A stretch of DNA of 64,000 nt from assembly GCA_937877715.1 (NCBI GenBank), contig CALEHW010000046.1, positions 18,701 to 82,700 on the forward strand, read 5' to 3'. The notes below the pieces were generated by a model. It had not been told where the DNA came from, ran no database searches, and worked only from the letters and a program-made list of their open reading frames with translations. This stretch comes from an uncultured Methylophaga sp. Its GTDB lineage: Bacteria; Pseudomonadota; Gammaproteobacteria; GCF-002020875. Below, piece after piece: positions 11,401 to 19,589 of this stretch. Made by a program: the position numbers and the translations under genes. Position 1 is the stretch's first letter. Every line of letters starts with the position of its first letter.

Positions 11401-13818
11401 CTATAGAGGAGTACCATACAGATCTGCCTGAAAACTGACAAACATATCTCTTATCGCACCAACACTGCCCAGTTCATTCACTGCATCTCTCATTGAGTGA
11501 TATCTCAGCTCCAGCAGGTCAGGCAACTTGCCGCTATCAAGCTCACCCACCCCCTGAGAAATATAGTGATCCAACACAAAAGAGAGGAACTGCTGCTGTT
11601 TATCTCCATATGGCTCAAAAATAGTCTGCTTATGGTTCTTGACCCGCTCCTCTCTGGTGATCGTCGGCAGGGCGAAGGCAACATAACCCAACACATCAAA
11701 CAGATCGCTCTGCTCTGCACCAATCAGCCGCTTGATCTCTGCCAACTGCTCACGGCCATAACCACGCTCCTCCAGCCCAGCCAGCAGTTTGCTACGGGTA
11801 TCGGGATTGCTCCAGAGTTGACGCAACTCCTCCTCATCTCTGAACAACTCCGGGATCTCACCAAACAGTCGCTCAATAAACTGGGTTGCAGAGATCGGCT
11901 TTCCATCCGGGCTCCAGAAGGTGGTCGCACTCATAGATTGGATAGTGCGCTCCTTGCCATCTGCCAGCTTGATCACAATCTTCTCTTGCCGGTTGCAGGC
12001 ACACGGATCATGACCACATATCGGACAGACTGCTGTGTTACATATACATGGAGAGTGGCCACAAACCGGGCAAGGTTCTGGCTCACATTCACAAGGGGTC
12101 TTCCCGCACACCTTGCAAGATTCAGGTTCACCAGTACCACCACCCGTTGGCTCTGGGTCCCCATCCCACTCCGGATCACTGAAATGCTCGTAGGCCTTCA
12201 CAAAATCGTAGATGGTGAAGTACTCTTTATCATCAAACAGACGGGTGCCCCGTCCAATAATCTGCTTGAACTCAATCATCGAGTTGATCGGGCGCATCAA
12301 TACAATATTGCGGATATTCCTGGCATCCACACCGGTAGAGAGTTTCTGTGAGGTGGTCAGAATAGTGGGGATGGACTTCTCGTTATCCTGAAAAACTCGC
12401 AGCCAGCGCTCCCCCTCCAACCCATCATTGGCAGTCACCCGCATGCAATAGTTGGGATCACTGCTCTGCTTGATCTGGTTAATCAGATCCCGTACAGCCA
12501 ATGCATGCTCCTGGGTAGCACAGAAGACCAGCGTCTTCTGACCCTGATCGATCTGCCCCATAAAGAGCTTAACCCGATAGAACTCACGCTCCTTGATCTC
12601 GATAATCCGGTTAAAATCCTCCTCACTGTAGCGCCTGCCCGTCTCAATCTCCCCCTCCACCACATCATCATCAGAGGTGTAGAGATAATCATCCAGCGTG
12701 GTGGCAATCTGCTGCACCCGAAAGGGGGTGAGAAAGCCGTCATTGATCCCCTCCTTGAGTGAGTAGATATAGACCGGATCCCCAAAGTAGGCGTAGGTAT
12801 CCACATTGCCCTTGCGTTTCGGGGTGGCGGTCAGCCCCAGCTGCACTGCGCTGGAGAAATACTCCATAATCATGCGCCAGTTACTCTCATCATTGGCACC
12901 GCCACGATGACACTCATCAATCACAATAAAATCGAAAAAGTCTGGTGGATAGTCGCCAAAATTGGGGGCGGGATTGCCCTCTGCATCCGTACCAGACATA
13001 AAGGTCTGGAAGATGGTAAAGAAGATACTGCCATTCTTCGGCACCTGCCCCTTCTTGCGAATCTCATCGGGCGAGATCCGCACCAGCGCGTCCTCTGCAA
13101 AGGCACCAAAGGCGTTATAGGCCTGATCAGCCAGAATATTACGATCTGCCAGAAAGAGGATGCGTGGTCTTCTTGTAATCTCTTCTCCACCCCTCCACTC
13201 CTTTAGGTTCCAACGACTATGGAAAAGCTTCCATGCCAGTTGAAAGGCAATAAAGGTCTTTCCCGTTCCAGTGGCCAGGGTCAGCAAAATCCTATCTTTT
13301 CCCGCTGCAATCGCCTCCAGTGCGTTGGTAATTGCATTGTGCTGGTAGTAACGTGCCTCCCAGCTCCCCCCCTTATCCTCAAACGGCACCTCGGCAAAAC
13401 GGTCCCGCCAACCACTGCGCTCCACAAAGGTCTCATCCCACAACTCATCCGGAGTGGGATAGTGCTCAACCAGCCCCTCCTCCCCCGTTTTCATATTGAC
13501 CCGATAGATCTTTCTGCCATTGGTAGAGTAGGCAAATCGGCTCTGCAGTTTTTCTGCATAGCGCTTGGCCTGCGCCAACCCCTCCGTCTCGGAGAGTCCT
13601 ACTCGCTTTGCCTCAATCACCGCAAGCTTCTGTCCCCGATAGACCAGCACATAGTCGGCAATATCCTCTCTGGCCCTCCGGCCACCACCCAGAATTCTGC
13701 CGGGTGCAATCACCTCACGCCGCACCCGACTACCATCCACCCTACCCCAACCAGCCTCGGCCAAGGCTGGATCAATCAACTCGGCACGGGTTTCAGCCTC
13801 GTTGAGATCATTCATCAT
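11401..13818 (-). CDS. hsdR: Type I restriction endonuclease subunit R (EcoAI/EcoEI-like architecture): N-terminal PD-(D/E)xK nuclease, SF2 helicase, Cys-knuckle array, EcoEI-R-type C-terminal domain
   Basis: NEAETRAELIDPALAEAGW and ADYVL...VIEAKR (nuclease). LATGTGKT (motif I), VIDECHRG (motif II), LGLTATPKR (III), QIIGRGTRL (VI). Start trimmed from the track GTG at 13824 to the ATG at 13818, which forms an ATGA overlap with the fic stop. Confidence 0.9.
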   Translation of the reverse strand: MMNDLNEAETRAELIDPALAEAGWGRVDGSRVRREVIAPGRILGGGRRAREDIADYVLVYRGQKLAVIEAKRVGLSETEGLAQAKRYAEKLQSRFAYSTNGRKIYRVNMKTGEEGLVEHYPTPDELWDETFVERSGWRDRFAEVPFEDKGGSWEARYYQHNAITNALEAIAAGKDRILLTLATGTGKTFIAFQLAWKLFHSRWNLKEWRGGEEITRRPRILFLADRNILADQAYNAFGAFAEDALVRISPDEIRKKGQVPKNGSIFFTIFQTFMSGTDAEGNPAPNFGDYPPDFFDFIVIDECHRGGANDESNWRMIMEYFSSAVQLGLTATPKRKGNVDTYAYFGDPVYIYSLKEGINDGFLTPFRVQQIATTLDDYLYTSDDDVVEGEIETGRRYSEEDFNRIIEIKEREFYRVKLFMGQIDQGQKTLVFCATQEHALAVRDLINQIKQSSDPNYCMRVTANDGLEGERWLRVFQDNEKSIPTILTTSQKLSTGVDARNIRNIVLMRPINSMIEFKQIIGRGTRLFDDKEYFTIYDFVKAYEHFSDPEWDGDPEPTGGGTGEPESCKVCGKTPCECEPEPCPVCGHSPCICNTAVCPICGHDPCACNRQEKIVIKLADGKERTIQSMSATTFWSPDGKPISATQFIERLFGEIPELFRDEEELRQLWSNPDTRSKLLAGLEERGYGREQLAEIKRLIGAEQSDLFDVLGYVAFALPTITREERVKNHKQTIFEPYGDKQQQFLSFVLDHYISQGVGELDSGKLPDLLELRYHSMRDAVNELGSVGAIRDMFVSFQADLYGTPL

Positions 13819-14726
13819 TGCCACTTACCTGTCATTTTTTGGTACAACATTGCAGCCTCGTAGAACAGGCGAATCAGTGGCCTGTATCTTCCGTGCCGCA
13901 TCGCATACTCCATTGCCGCATAATAGATTGCCCTGTTTTTGCCGTCCAATAGAGGAGGCATCAACCCCGCATTCAAACATTGAATCATCACCAATGCCCT
14001 GCCAACTCGACCATTTCCATCCCCAAACGGGTGGATCAAGATAAAATAGGCATGCGCTCTGGCAATCTCATCCAAAGTCTCTGAGGCAGCGGCCTTATAG
14101 ACCCAGCGGTTAAGCTCCTCCGGAATATCCTCCGGTGCAGTGGTTTGAACCCCATCCAACCGCCCCATCAGACGATGTTTTCTCGAATAGAGACCCGCAT
14201 CATTGTGAACCCCCCGCATCAAGGATGCATGGAGCGACTTAATCCCCTCCTCTGTCACCGAGATCGATTCGGAGCACCCAACCACTCTCTTCCAGATTTC
14301 TTGATAGGTTACAAACCCATTAAACCCCTCATAAAAAGTCGCTCTATCCATGTTTCTGGGAAGCCGCTTCTCATCCATGATTCTGTCAAAATCCTCCCGC
14401 TTCATCCCAGTCTCAATCTCCACCGTCCCATAACTCAGGTGACGGAGGTATGACAGAAGAAGCTCATCATTATGTGACAACTCATCTGGAAGTAAAACTG
14501 GATCAAACTCTTTCTGGCTCTTATCCCACTCAGGAACGGTGAAAACCTTGCAGTAGAGAACATCCAGATCCAAACGGTGGTCTGGCGAGATGGAATCAGG
14601 GTTGTTTTTCCAATTGAGAATGGATCGCCTTGAAACACCTAACACTTCCGACATCCTGGTCGAGTAGACGAAGTGCTCCAGTAAACTCTCAATCTTGGTT
14701 AATTCACTGATATTTTGATATTCCAT
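13815..14726 (-). CDS. Fic/DOC family protein with an N-terminal HTH-like segment
   Basis: Canonical Fic motif HPFGDGNGRVGR (HxFx[DE]GNGRxxR) at 13998-14033. HTH-like segment TRMSEVLGVSRRSILNWKN near the N-terminus. A degenerate inhibitory-helix-like TVEIET lies ~130 aa upstream of the Fic motif. Start set at the ATG at 14726 (MEYQ) rather than the track TTG at 14732. Confidence 0.9.
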   Translation of the reverse strand: MEYQNISELTKIESLLEHFVYSTRMSEVLGVSRRSILNWKNNPDSISPDHRLDLDVLYCKVFTVPEWDKSQKEFDPVLLPDELSHNDELLLSYLRHLSYGTVEIETGMKREDFDRIMDEKRLPRNMDRATFYEGFNGFVTYQEIWKRVVGCSESISVTEEGIKSLHASLMRGVHNDAGLYSRKHRLMGRLDGVQTTAPEDIPEELNRWVYKAAASETLDEIARAHAYFILIHPFGDGNGRVGRALVMIQCLNAGLMPPLLDGKNRAIYYAAMEYAMRHGRYRPLIRLFYEAAMLYQKMTGKWQ

Positions 14727-14754
14727 AACCAATCAATCCACTATTTACAGTTAC

Positions 14755-14790
14755 AATATAGCATCAGATTATCATAAACAAGTGGGAAGC
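14755..14790 (-). promoter_or_regulatory. Possible internal promoter for fic-hsdR (extended -10, TGcTATATT)
   Basis: The minus strand reads cttgtttatgataatctgaTGcTATATTgtaac in the 154-nt hsdS-fic gap. A 7-bp hairpin, gggaagc...gcttccc (14787-14821), lies just upstream. Confidence 0.3.
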
Positions 14791-14880
14791 GATTAAAAAT
14801 TATTGGTTGCTGCTTCCCGCAAACACTTCCCGTTCACTCCACCCTGTCGGCTACCCTCTTGTTGATAAATGATCATTGAA

Positions 14881-16122
14881 TCAGACATAGCTTTCTCCTG
14901 TTGTTGTCAGCTCACCACGGAATGCCTTTTGGAGAATGGACTGTTTAAGTTCGGTAAGGGCGGTTAGTTTTTGTTGGTAGATGGTTTCCAAACACATTCG
15001 CTGCCCAATCAAAATATCCAACAGATGAGAAATTGACTCTTGCTGCTCTCTGCTCAGAGGGTATGAGATAACATTTGAGAGGATGCGTTTGGGGGCAGTA
15101 TGCTTGACCATTGTCCCTGTTGCGGTTAACTTGATGTTATCAATGTATTTCTTTGTTTGAAGAAAGTAATAGATAAAGTGCTCGTCGATCAATTCTTCTT
15201 TCATCACAACCCTTCCAATTCGTTGATTGTGTAGCACATTGGGCTGTTCAACAAATGCTGGCTTCCCCAGTATCTTCATCTTTGATGACAGGTCAGTCAT
15301 TACAATTGTTAAATCACCATCATCAAACTTATAACCATCTGGCAGTTCCCCGATAAGCCTCTTAGTGTTCTTACCAGTGAAATTGAGAGCAGCTTCCTCA
15401 GTGTAATTACCCGGTGTTAGCACTATCGGCATTGCTTTATCACTACTAACAATAAAGTCCTTACCTTTGAAAGCATACCCATGTGTGATCGCCATTACAT
15501 CCCCCAACCTCTTCTCCCCCCAACCCTCACCCCGCTCGGTGAATACCTTATTGAGGTAGCTCTCAAACAGCTCACGGGCATTGTTGAGGTTTCGCTCGGC
15601 ATTGGCTACCGCTTGGTCGATGGCTGTGAAGGCCTTGTCGAGGATGGCGACGATCTGTTTTTGTTCGGGGAGGGGTGGGAATGGTATTTGCACCCCTTTG
15701 AGCTTACTCGCCGAAAGCTCCTTAAATGTTGCTCCTGTCCCAAGGTCATTCATCAAGCCAACACTTCCAAGCAAGAAGTAATAGAGGTACCTATAGTCCA
15801 GTCCATCATACGGAACCAATCCTCTACACCCCTGATTGAATGCCATTGCCTCTGTATTGATAACAAGGTGTCCGATAGGTGCTCTCGTAGAAAGAATGAT
15901 TGAACTTGGCGGTATAAGATTTGCTGAACTACCTTGTAATCCAGCATCACTCAAAGTTCTTGCAGTCTTTGATACTAAGGGAGTACTCCTCTTTCCCATC
16001 TCCGCCGGAGTGATCCAGCGATGCGGTCCACCCCAATTTTCATCAACCTTTGTTTTTGGCGTGCCACCGTTGACGATCTTACTAACCTCATCAAGCCTCT
16101 TCTCTACCCACTCACTACTCAC
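14881..16122 (-). CDS. hsdS: Type I restriction-modification specificity subunit S (two target-recognition domains)
   Basis: Central conserved helix LPPLPEQKQIVAILDKAFTAIDQAVANAERNLNNARELFESYL, and C-terminal conserved helix REQQESISHLLD...LTELKQSILQKAFRGEL. GTG start with a GTGA overlap on the hsdM stop. Visibly more AT-rich than its neighbours. Confidence 0.9.
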   Translation of the reverse strand: MSSEWVEKRLDEVSKIVNGGTPKTKVDENWGGPHRWITPAEMGKRSTPLVSKTARTLSDAGLQGSSANLIPPSSIILSTRAPIGHLVINTEAMAFNQGCRGLVPYDGLDYRYLYYFLLGSVGLMNDLGTGATFKELSASKLKGVQIPFPPLPEQKQIVAILDKAFTAIDQAVANAERNLNNARELFESYLNKVFTERGEGWGEKRLGDVMAITHGYAFKGKDFIVSSDKAMPIVLTPGNYTEEAALNFTGKNTKRLIGELPDGYKFDDGDLTIVMTDLSSKMKILGKPAFVEQPNVLHNQRIGRVVMKEELIDEHFIYYFLQTKKYIDNIKLTATGTMVKHTAPKRILSNVISYPLSREQQESISHLLDILIGQRMCLETIYQQKLTALTELKQSILQKAFRGELTTTGESYV

Positions 16123-17570
16123 ACCATCCCCCCAATCTCATCCAGCACCTTGGTACTCTCGGCATCCAGTGCAGCTATCTCTGTAAGGATCTCCTGCGGT
16201 TCTCGTAGTGGCAGCTCTTCGGGGGCGTTGGGGTTCTTGACCGAGAGGTCGTGGCTCTCGCTGTTGATTTCCTCTACATCCACACTCCAAGACTTCTCAC
16301 TCTCTGCCTTGGTGGCTTGTAGCTCTACAAACTCCTTGAGGTCGTTATCATTGAGCGGGTTGGTTTTCCCCATGTTTCTACCGGGGTCGAGCTGGTAGTA
16401 CCAGATGTTGCGGGTGGGTGCCCCCTTCTCAAAGAAGAGCACCACGGTCTTCACCCCTGCCCCGAGGAAGGTACCACCGGGACAGTCGAGAACAGTGTGT
16501 AGGTTGCAGCTCTCCAGTAGCTCCTGCCGCAGTGCCTTGGAGGCGTTGTCGGAGTTGGAGAGGAAGGTGTTCTTGATCACCACCGCCGCACGTCCGCCCG
16601 CCTTGAGGTATTTGATGAAGTGTTGCAGAAAAAGGAAGGCGGTCTCTCCGGTCTTGATGGGGAAGTTCTGCTGGATCTCCTTCCGCTCCTTGCCACCAAA
16701 CGGTGGATTGGCAAGGATGATGTCGTAGCGGTCACGCTCCTGAACATCAGCCAGGTTCTCGGCCAGCGTGTTTGTGTGGAGCACATTGGGTGCATCAATG
16801 CCATGCAGGATCAGATTCATGATCGCGATGACATAGGCAAGGCTCTTCTTCTCCTTGCCGTAGAAGGTGGTGGTTTGGAGGGTGTGAAGCTGATGAGTAG
16901 TCAGAGCGGAGGAACGAAGATAGTCATGTGCCTCACAGAGGAAACCGGCCGAGCCACAGGCACCATCGTAGATGGTCTCGCCAATGGTAGGGTTGACCAC
17001 CTGGATCATGGCTCGAATCAGTGGGCGCGGGGTGTAGTACTCGCCCCCATTGCGGCCCGCATTCCCCATATTCTTGATCTTGGTCTCGTAGAGATGGGAG
17101 AGTTCGTGCTTCTCTATCTGGGTTCTGAAATGGAGCTGGTCCACCAGTTCCAGTGCATCCCGCAGGGAGTAGCCACTCTGGAAACGGTTTTTGATCTCGG
17201 AGAAGATCTCCCCAATCTTGTATTCAATGGTGTCCGGTGAGGATGCTCTCTGCTTGAACCCTTTGAGGTAGGGGAAGAGCTCACTATCGACGTAGTCAAT
17301 CAGATCATCACCGGTCAGGGCTGTATCGTGGTCGAAGCTACCATCTTCCCGTTTGGGTGCTGCCCAGCGGGACCAGTGGTGCCTCTCGTCAATAATGAAG
17401 GTGTAGCGTTTGCCAACCAGCCCGGCCTCTATGGCACGCTCCCCTTCGAGATCATCAAGATATTTGAGGAAGAGCATCCACGAGGTCTGCTCGGTGTAGT
17501 CGAGCTCGGAGGAGCAGCCCGCCTCCTTCCAGAGGACGTCGTCTATGTTTTTGAAGGTCTGTTCAAACAT
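16119..17570 (-). CDS. hsdM: Type I restriction-modification N6-adenine DNA methyltransferase subunit M
   Basis: MFEQTFKNIDDVLWKEAGCSSELDYTEQTSWMLFLKYLD (HsdM N-domain), DGACGSAGFL (SAM motif I), ILANPPFGG (catalytic NPPF). Start trimmed from the track GTG at 17579 to the ATG at 17570, which follows GAGGTG. Confidence 0.92.
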   Translation of the reverse strand: MFEQTFKNIDDVLWKEAGCSSELDYTEQTSWMLFLKYLDDLEGERAIEAGLVGKRYTFIIDERHHWSRWAAPKREDGSFDHDTALTGDDLIDYVDSELFPYLKGFKQRASSPDTIEYKIGEIFSEIKNRFQSGYSLRDALELVDQLHFRTQIEKHELSHLYETKIKNMGNAGRNGGEYYTPRPLIRAMIQVVNPTIGETIYDGACGSAGFLCEAHDYLRSSALTTHQLHTLQTTTFYGKEKKSLAYVIAIMNLILHGIDAPNVLHTNTLAENLADVQERDRYDIILANPPFGGKERKEIQQNFPIKTGETAFLFLQHFIKYLKAGGRAAVVIKNTFLSNSDNASKALRQELLESCNLHTVLDCPGGTFLGAGVKTVVLFFEKGAPTRNIWYYQLDPGRNMGKTNPLNDNDLKEFVELQATKAESEKSWSVDVEEINSESHDLSVKNPNAPEELPLREPQEILTEIAALDAESTKVLDEIGGMV

Positions 17571-17605
17571 CCTCGTCACCTCTGCCTATAAATGTAATTG
17601 ACAGG

Positions 17606-18463
17606 TTATTCGTAATGATCATCCCGCGCCTTTTTGGCACGTGAAAATAGCGCCTGCAGTGCATCACCATCCTCTGCCCTCACCATCTCCTCCAGCTGTT
17701 CAAGCTCTCTGCGGAATGAACTGACCGCCTCAAGCAGGGGTTCTCTGTTGGCCATGGCAATATCACGCCACATCTCCGGATCACTGGAGGCGATGCGACT
17801 GAAGTCACGGAACCCTCCTGCAGCAAAGCGGAAAATCTCGCGGTGTGTCTCCCGCCTGGAGAGTGAGTCAACCAGTGCGTAGGCGAGCAGATGGGGAAGG
17901 TGGCTGGTTGCGGCCAGCACCTCGTCATGGTGTTCAATCTCCATCTCTATCACCTCGGCGCCCACACTCTGCCACATTGCGGTTACGCTGCGAACCGCCT
18001 CTGGATCACTCTCCCGGAGCGGGGTGAGGATAACCCTGCGTTCCTGGAACAGGGTTGCGAAGGATGATGCGACCCCGCTATTTTCTGTTCCCGCAATGGG
18101 GTGGCCAGGTACAAAGCGTGCGGGGAGAGCCCCAAAGGCCTTTTTGGCATCCCTGACCACGCTCCCCTTCACACTGCCAACATCGGTAATGACGGCCTCC
18201 GGGGAGAGGTGCCCCACCATCTCCGAAAATATCGGCCGCATGGATCCAAGCGGGGTGGCAATAACAACCATATCTGCATCTGTTACTGCATCAGCAACAC
18301 TATCTGCGATAGCATCAATCACACCCAGCTCAACCGCCTGCTGCAGGTTTTCCTGGCTACGACCATAACCGACAACCTCAACAACACTGTTCTGTTCACG
18401 AAGTGCCCGTACCAGTGATCCACCAATCAATCCAACCCCAATCAGTGCAAGACGCTTGATCAT
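17606..18463 (-). CDS. tyrA: Prephenate (cyclohexadienyl) dehydrogenase
   Basis: Rossmann fold LALIGVGLIGGS, the GHPIAG motif, and the hisC-tyrA operon context. Confidence 0.9.
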   Translation of the reverse strand: MIKRLALIGVGLIGGSLVRALREQNSVVEVVGYGRSQENLQQAVELGVIDAIADSVADAVTDADMVVIATPLGSMRPIFSEMVGHLSPEAVITDVGSVKGSVVRDAKKAFGALPARFVPGHPIAGTENSGVASSFATLFQERRVILTPLRESDPEAVRSVTAMWQSVGAEVIEMEIEHHDEVLAATSHLPHLLAYALVDSLSRRETHREIFRFAAGGFRDFSRIASSDPEMWRDIAMANREPLLEAVSSFRRELEQLEEMVRAEDGDALQALFSRAKKARDDHYE

Positions 18464-19578
18464 TGCTGCTCCCTCAATATTGTAGTCAAAACCTGCAGAC
18501 AGCGGCTATTCTCCTCCGGCAGACCTATGGAGATTCGCAGATGGTTGGGCATCCCGTAGTTACCAACAGGGCGCACAATCACCCCCTGTTTTTGCATGGC
18601 ATCAAACAGGGGCAGGGCCGGCTGCCCCAGGTCGACCGAGATGAAATTGCCCGCTGATGGAATCCACTCCAGCCCCAGATGGTCCAAACCATGCTCCATC
18701 TTTCTCATCTCGTCTCTGTTCAATTCCACCCCCTGTTTAAGATGGTCCTGATCATCAAGGGCAGCTATTGCGGCCACCTGGGCAAGGGTGTTCACATTAA
18801 ATGGCTGACGCACACGATTTAGCAGATCGGCAATGGTCTCGCTGGACAGTGCATAACCGACCCTATATCCAGCTAATCCGTATGCCTTGGAGAAGGTTCT
18901 GGTAACTATCAGGTTGGGAAATTGATCCAGCCAGAGAGAGCTGTCAGGATAGTTGTCGTCGTCCACGAACTCTATATAGGCCTCATCAACCACCGCCACC
19001 ACATCCTGTGGGAGCTGTGACAGAAAACCGTGCAGTGCATCACTATCAATCCAGGTACCTGTTGGGTTGTTGGGATTGGCTATCCACACAACACGGGTAT
19101 CCTCCATGACGGCACTGGCCATCGCATCGAGATTATGCCCCCACTCCATTGCCGGGGCTACAACTAGGGTCGCACCAACAGCCTGTGTAGAGAGTGGATA
19201 TACCGCAAAGGCGTGTTCAGACATAACCGCAGAACGCCGCTCTCCAAGAAATGTTCTGGCAATCAGATCCAGCACATCATTGGACCCATTGCCGATGGTT
19301 ATCTGTGCAGGGCTGCATCCATGGTGCTGCGCCAGTCGCTCCCGCAACTCTACGGCTCCACCATCCGGATAGCGGGCCTGCTCCCCCAGCAGCCTGGAGA
19401 CGGCCTCTGTTGCCCGGGTGGATGGCCCCAGCGGATTCTCGTTTGACGCAAGCTTGATGATTGCTCTCTCATCCATTCCGATCTCACGCGCCAACGCAGA
19501 GATCGGTTTCCCTGGTTGATAGGGGTTAATACCCTGAACCCCGGGCATGGCATATTCATGAAGATCGCAGGCAGACAT
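18460..19578 (-). CDS. hisC: Histidinol-phosphate / aromatic aminotransferase
   Basis: KLASNENPLGPS, NPNNPTG and TFSKAYGLAGYRVGY motifs. ATGA overlap with tyrA. Confidence 0.9.
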   Translation of the reverse strand: MSACDLHEYAMPGVQGINPYQPGKPISALAREIGMDERAIIKLASNENPLGPSTRATEAVSRLLGEQARYPDGGAVELRERLAQHHGCSPAQITIGNGSNDVLDLIARTFLGERRSAVMSEHAFAVYPLSTQAVGATLVVAPAMEWGHNLDAMASAVMEDTRVVWIANPNNPTGTWIDSDALHGFLSQLPQDVVAVVDEAYIEFVDDDNYPDSSLWLDQFPNLIVTRTFSKAYGLAGYRVGYALSSETIADLLNRVRQPFNVNTLAQVAAIAALDDQDHLKQGVELNRDEMRKMEHGLDHLGLEWIPSAGNFISVDLGQPALPLFDAMQKQGVIVRPVGNYGMPNHLRISIGLPEENSRCLQVLTTILREQQ

Positions 19579-19589
19579 TCTCTACTCTT

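Noticed and set aside
11497-12351. Long plus-strand ORFs lying antisense to real genes: 284 aa here in hsdR, 13219-13863 in hsdR/fic, 16620-17240 in hsdM, 45318-46148 and 43640-44143 in smc, 55884-56501 across ispD/ftsB/eno, 32404-32994 in rluB, and 9363-9902 in cmk.
   Set aside because: They fully overlap genes with unambiguous family signatures on the other strand. Their translations are low-complexity (Ser/Pro/Arg/Leu-rich), with no recognisable motifs and no SD. These are typical shadow ORFs.
11341-17605. Signs that the R-M cassette is a mobile element or a phase-variable (shufflon-type) system.
   Set aside because: I found no integrase, recombinase or transposase ORF, no tRNA, no second or partial hsdS copy, no inverted repeats within hsdS, and no obvious direct repeats at the two junctions. 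I therefore did not annotate it as a mobile_element. A computational repeat search is still needed.
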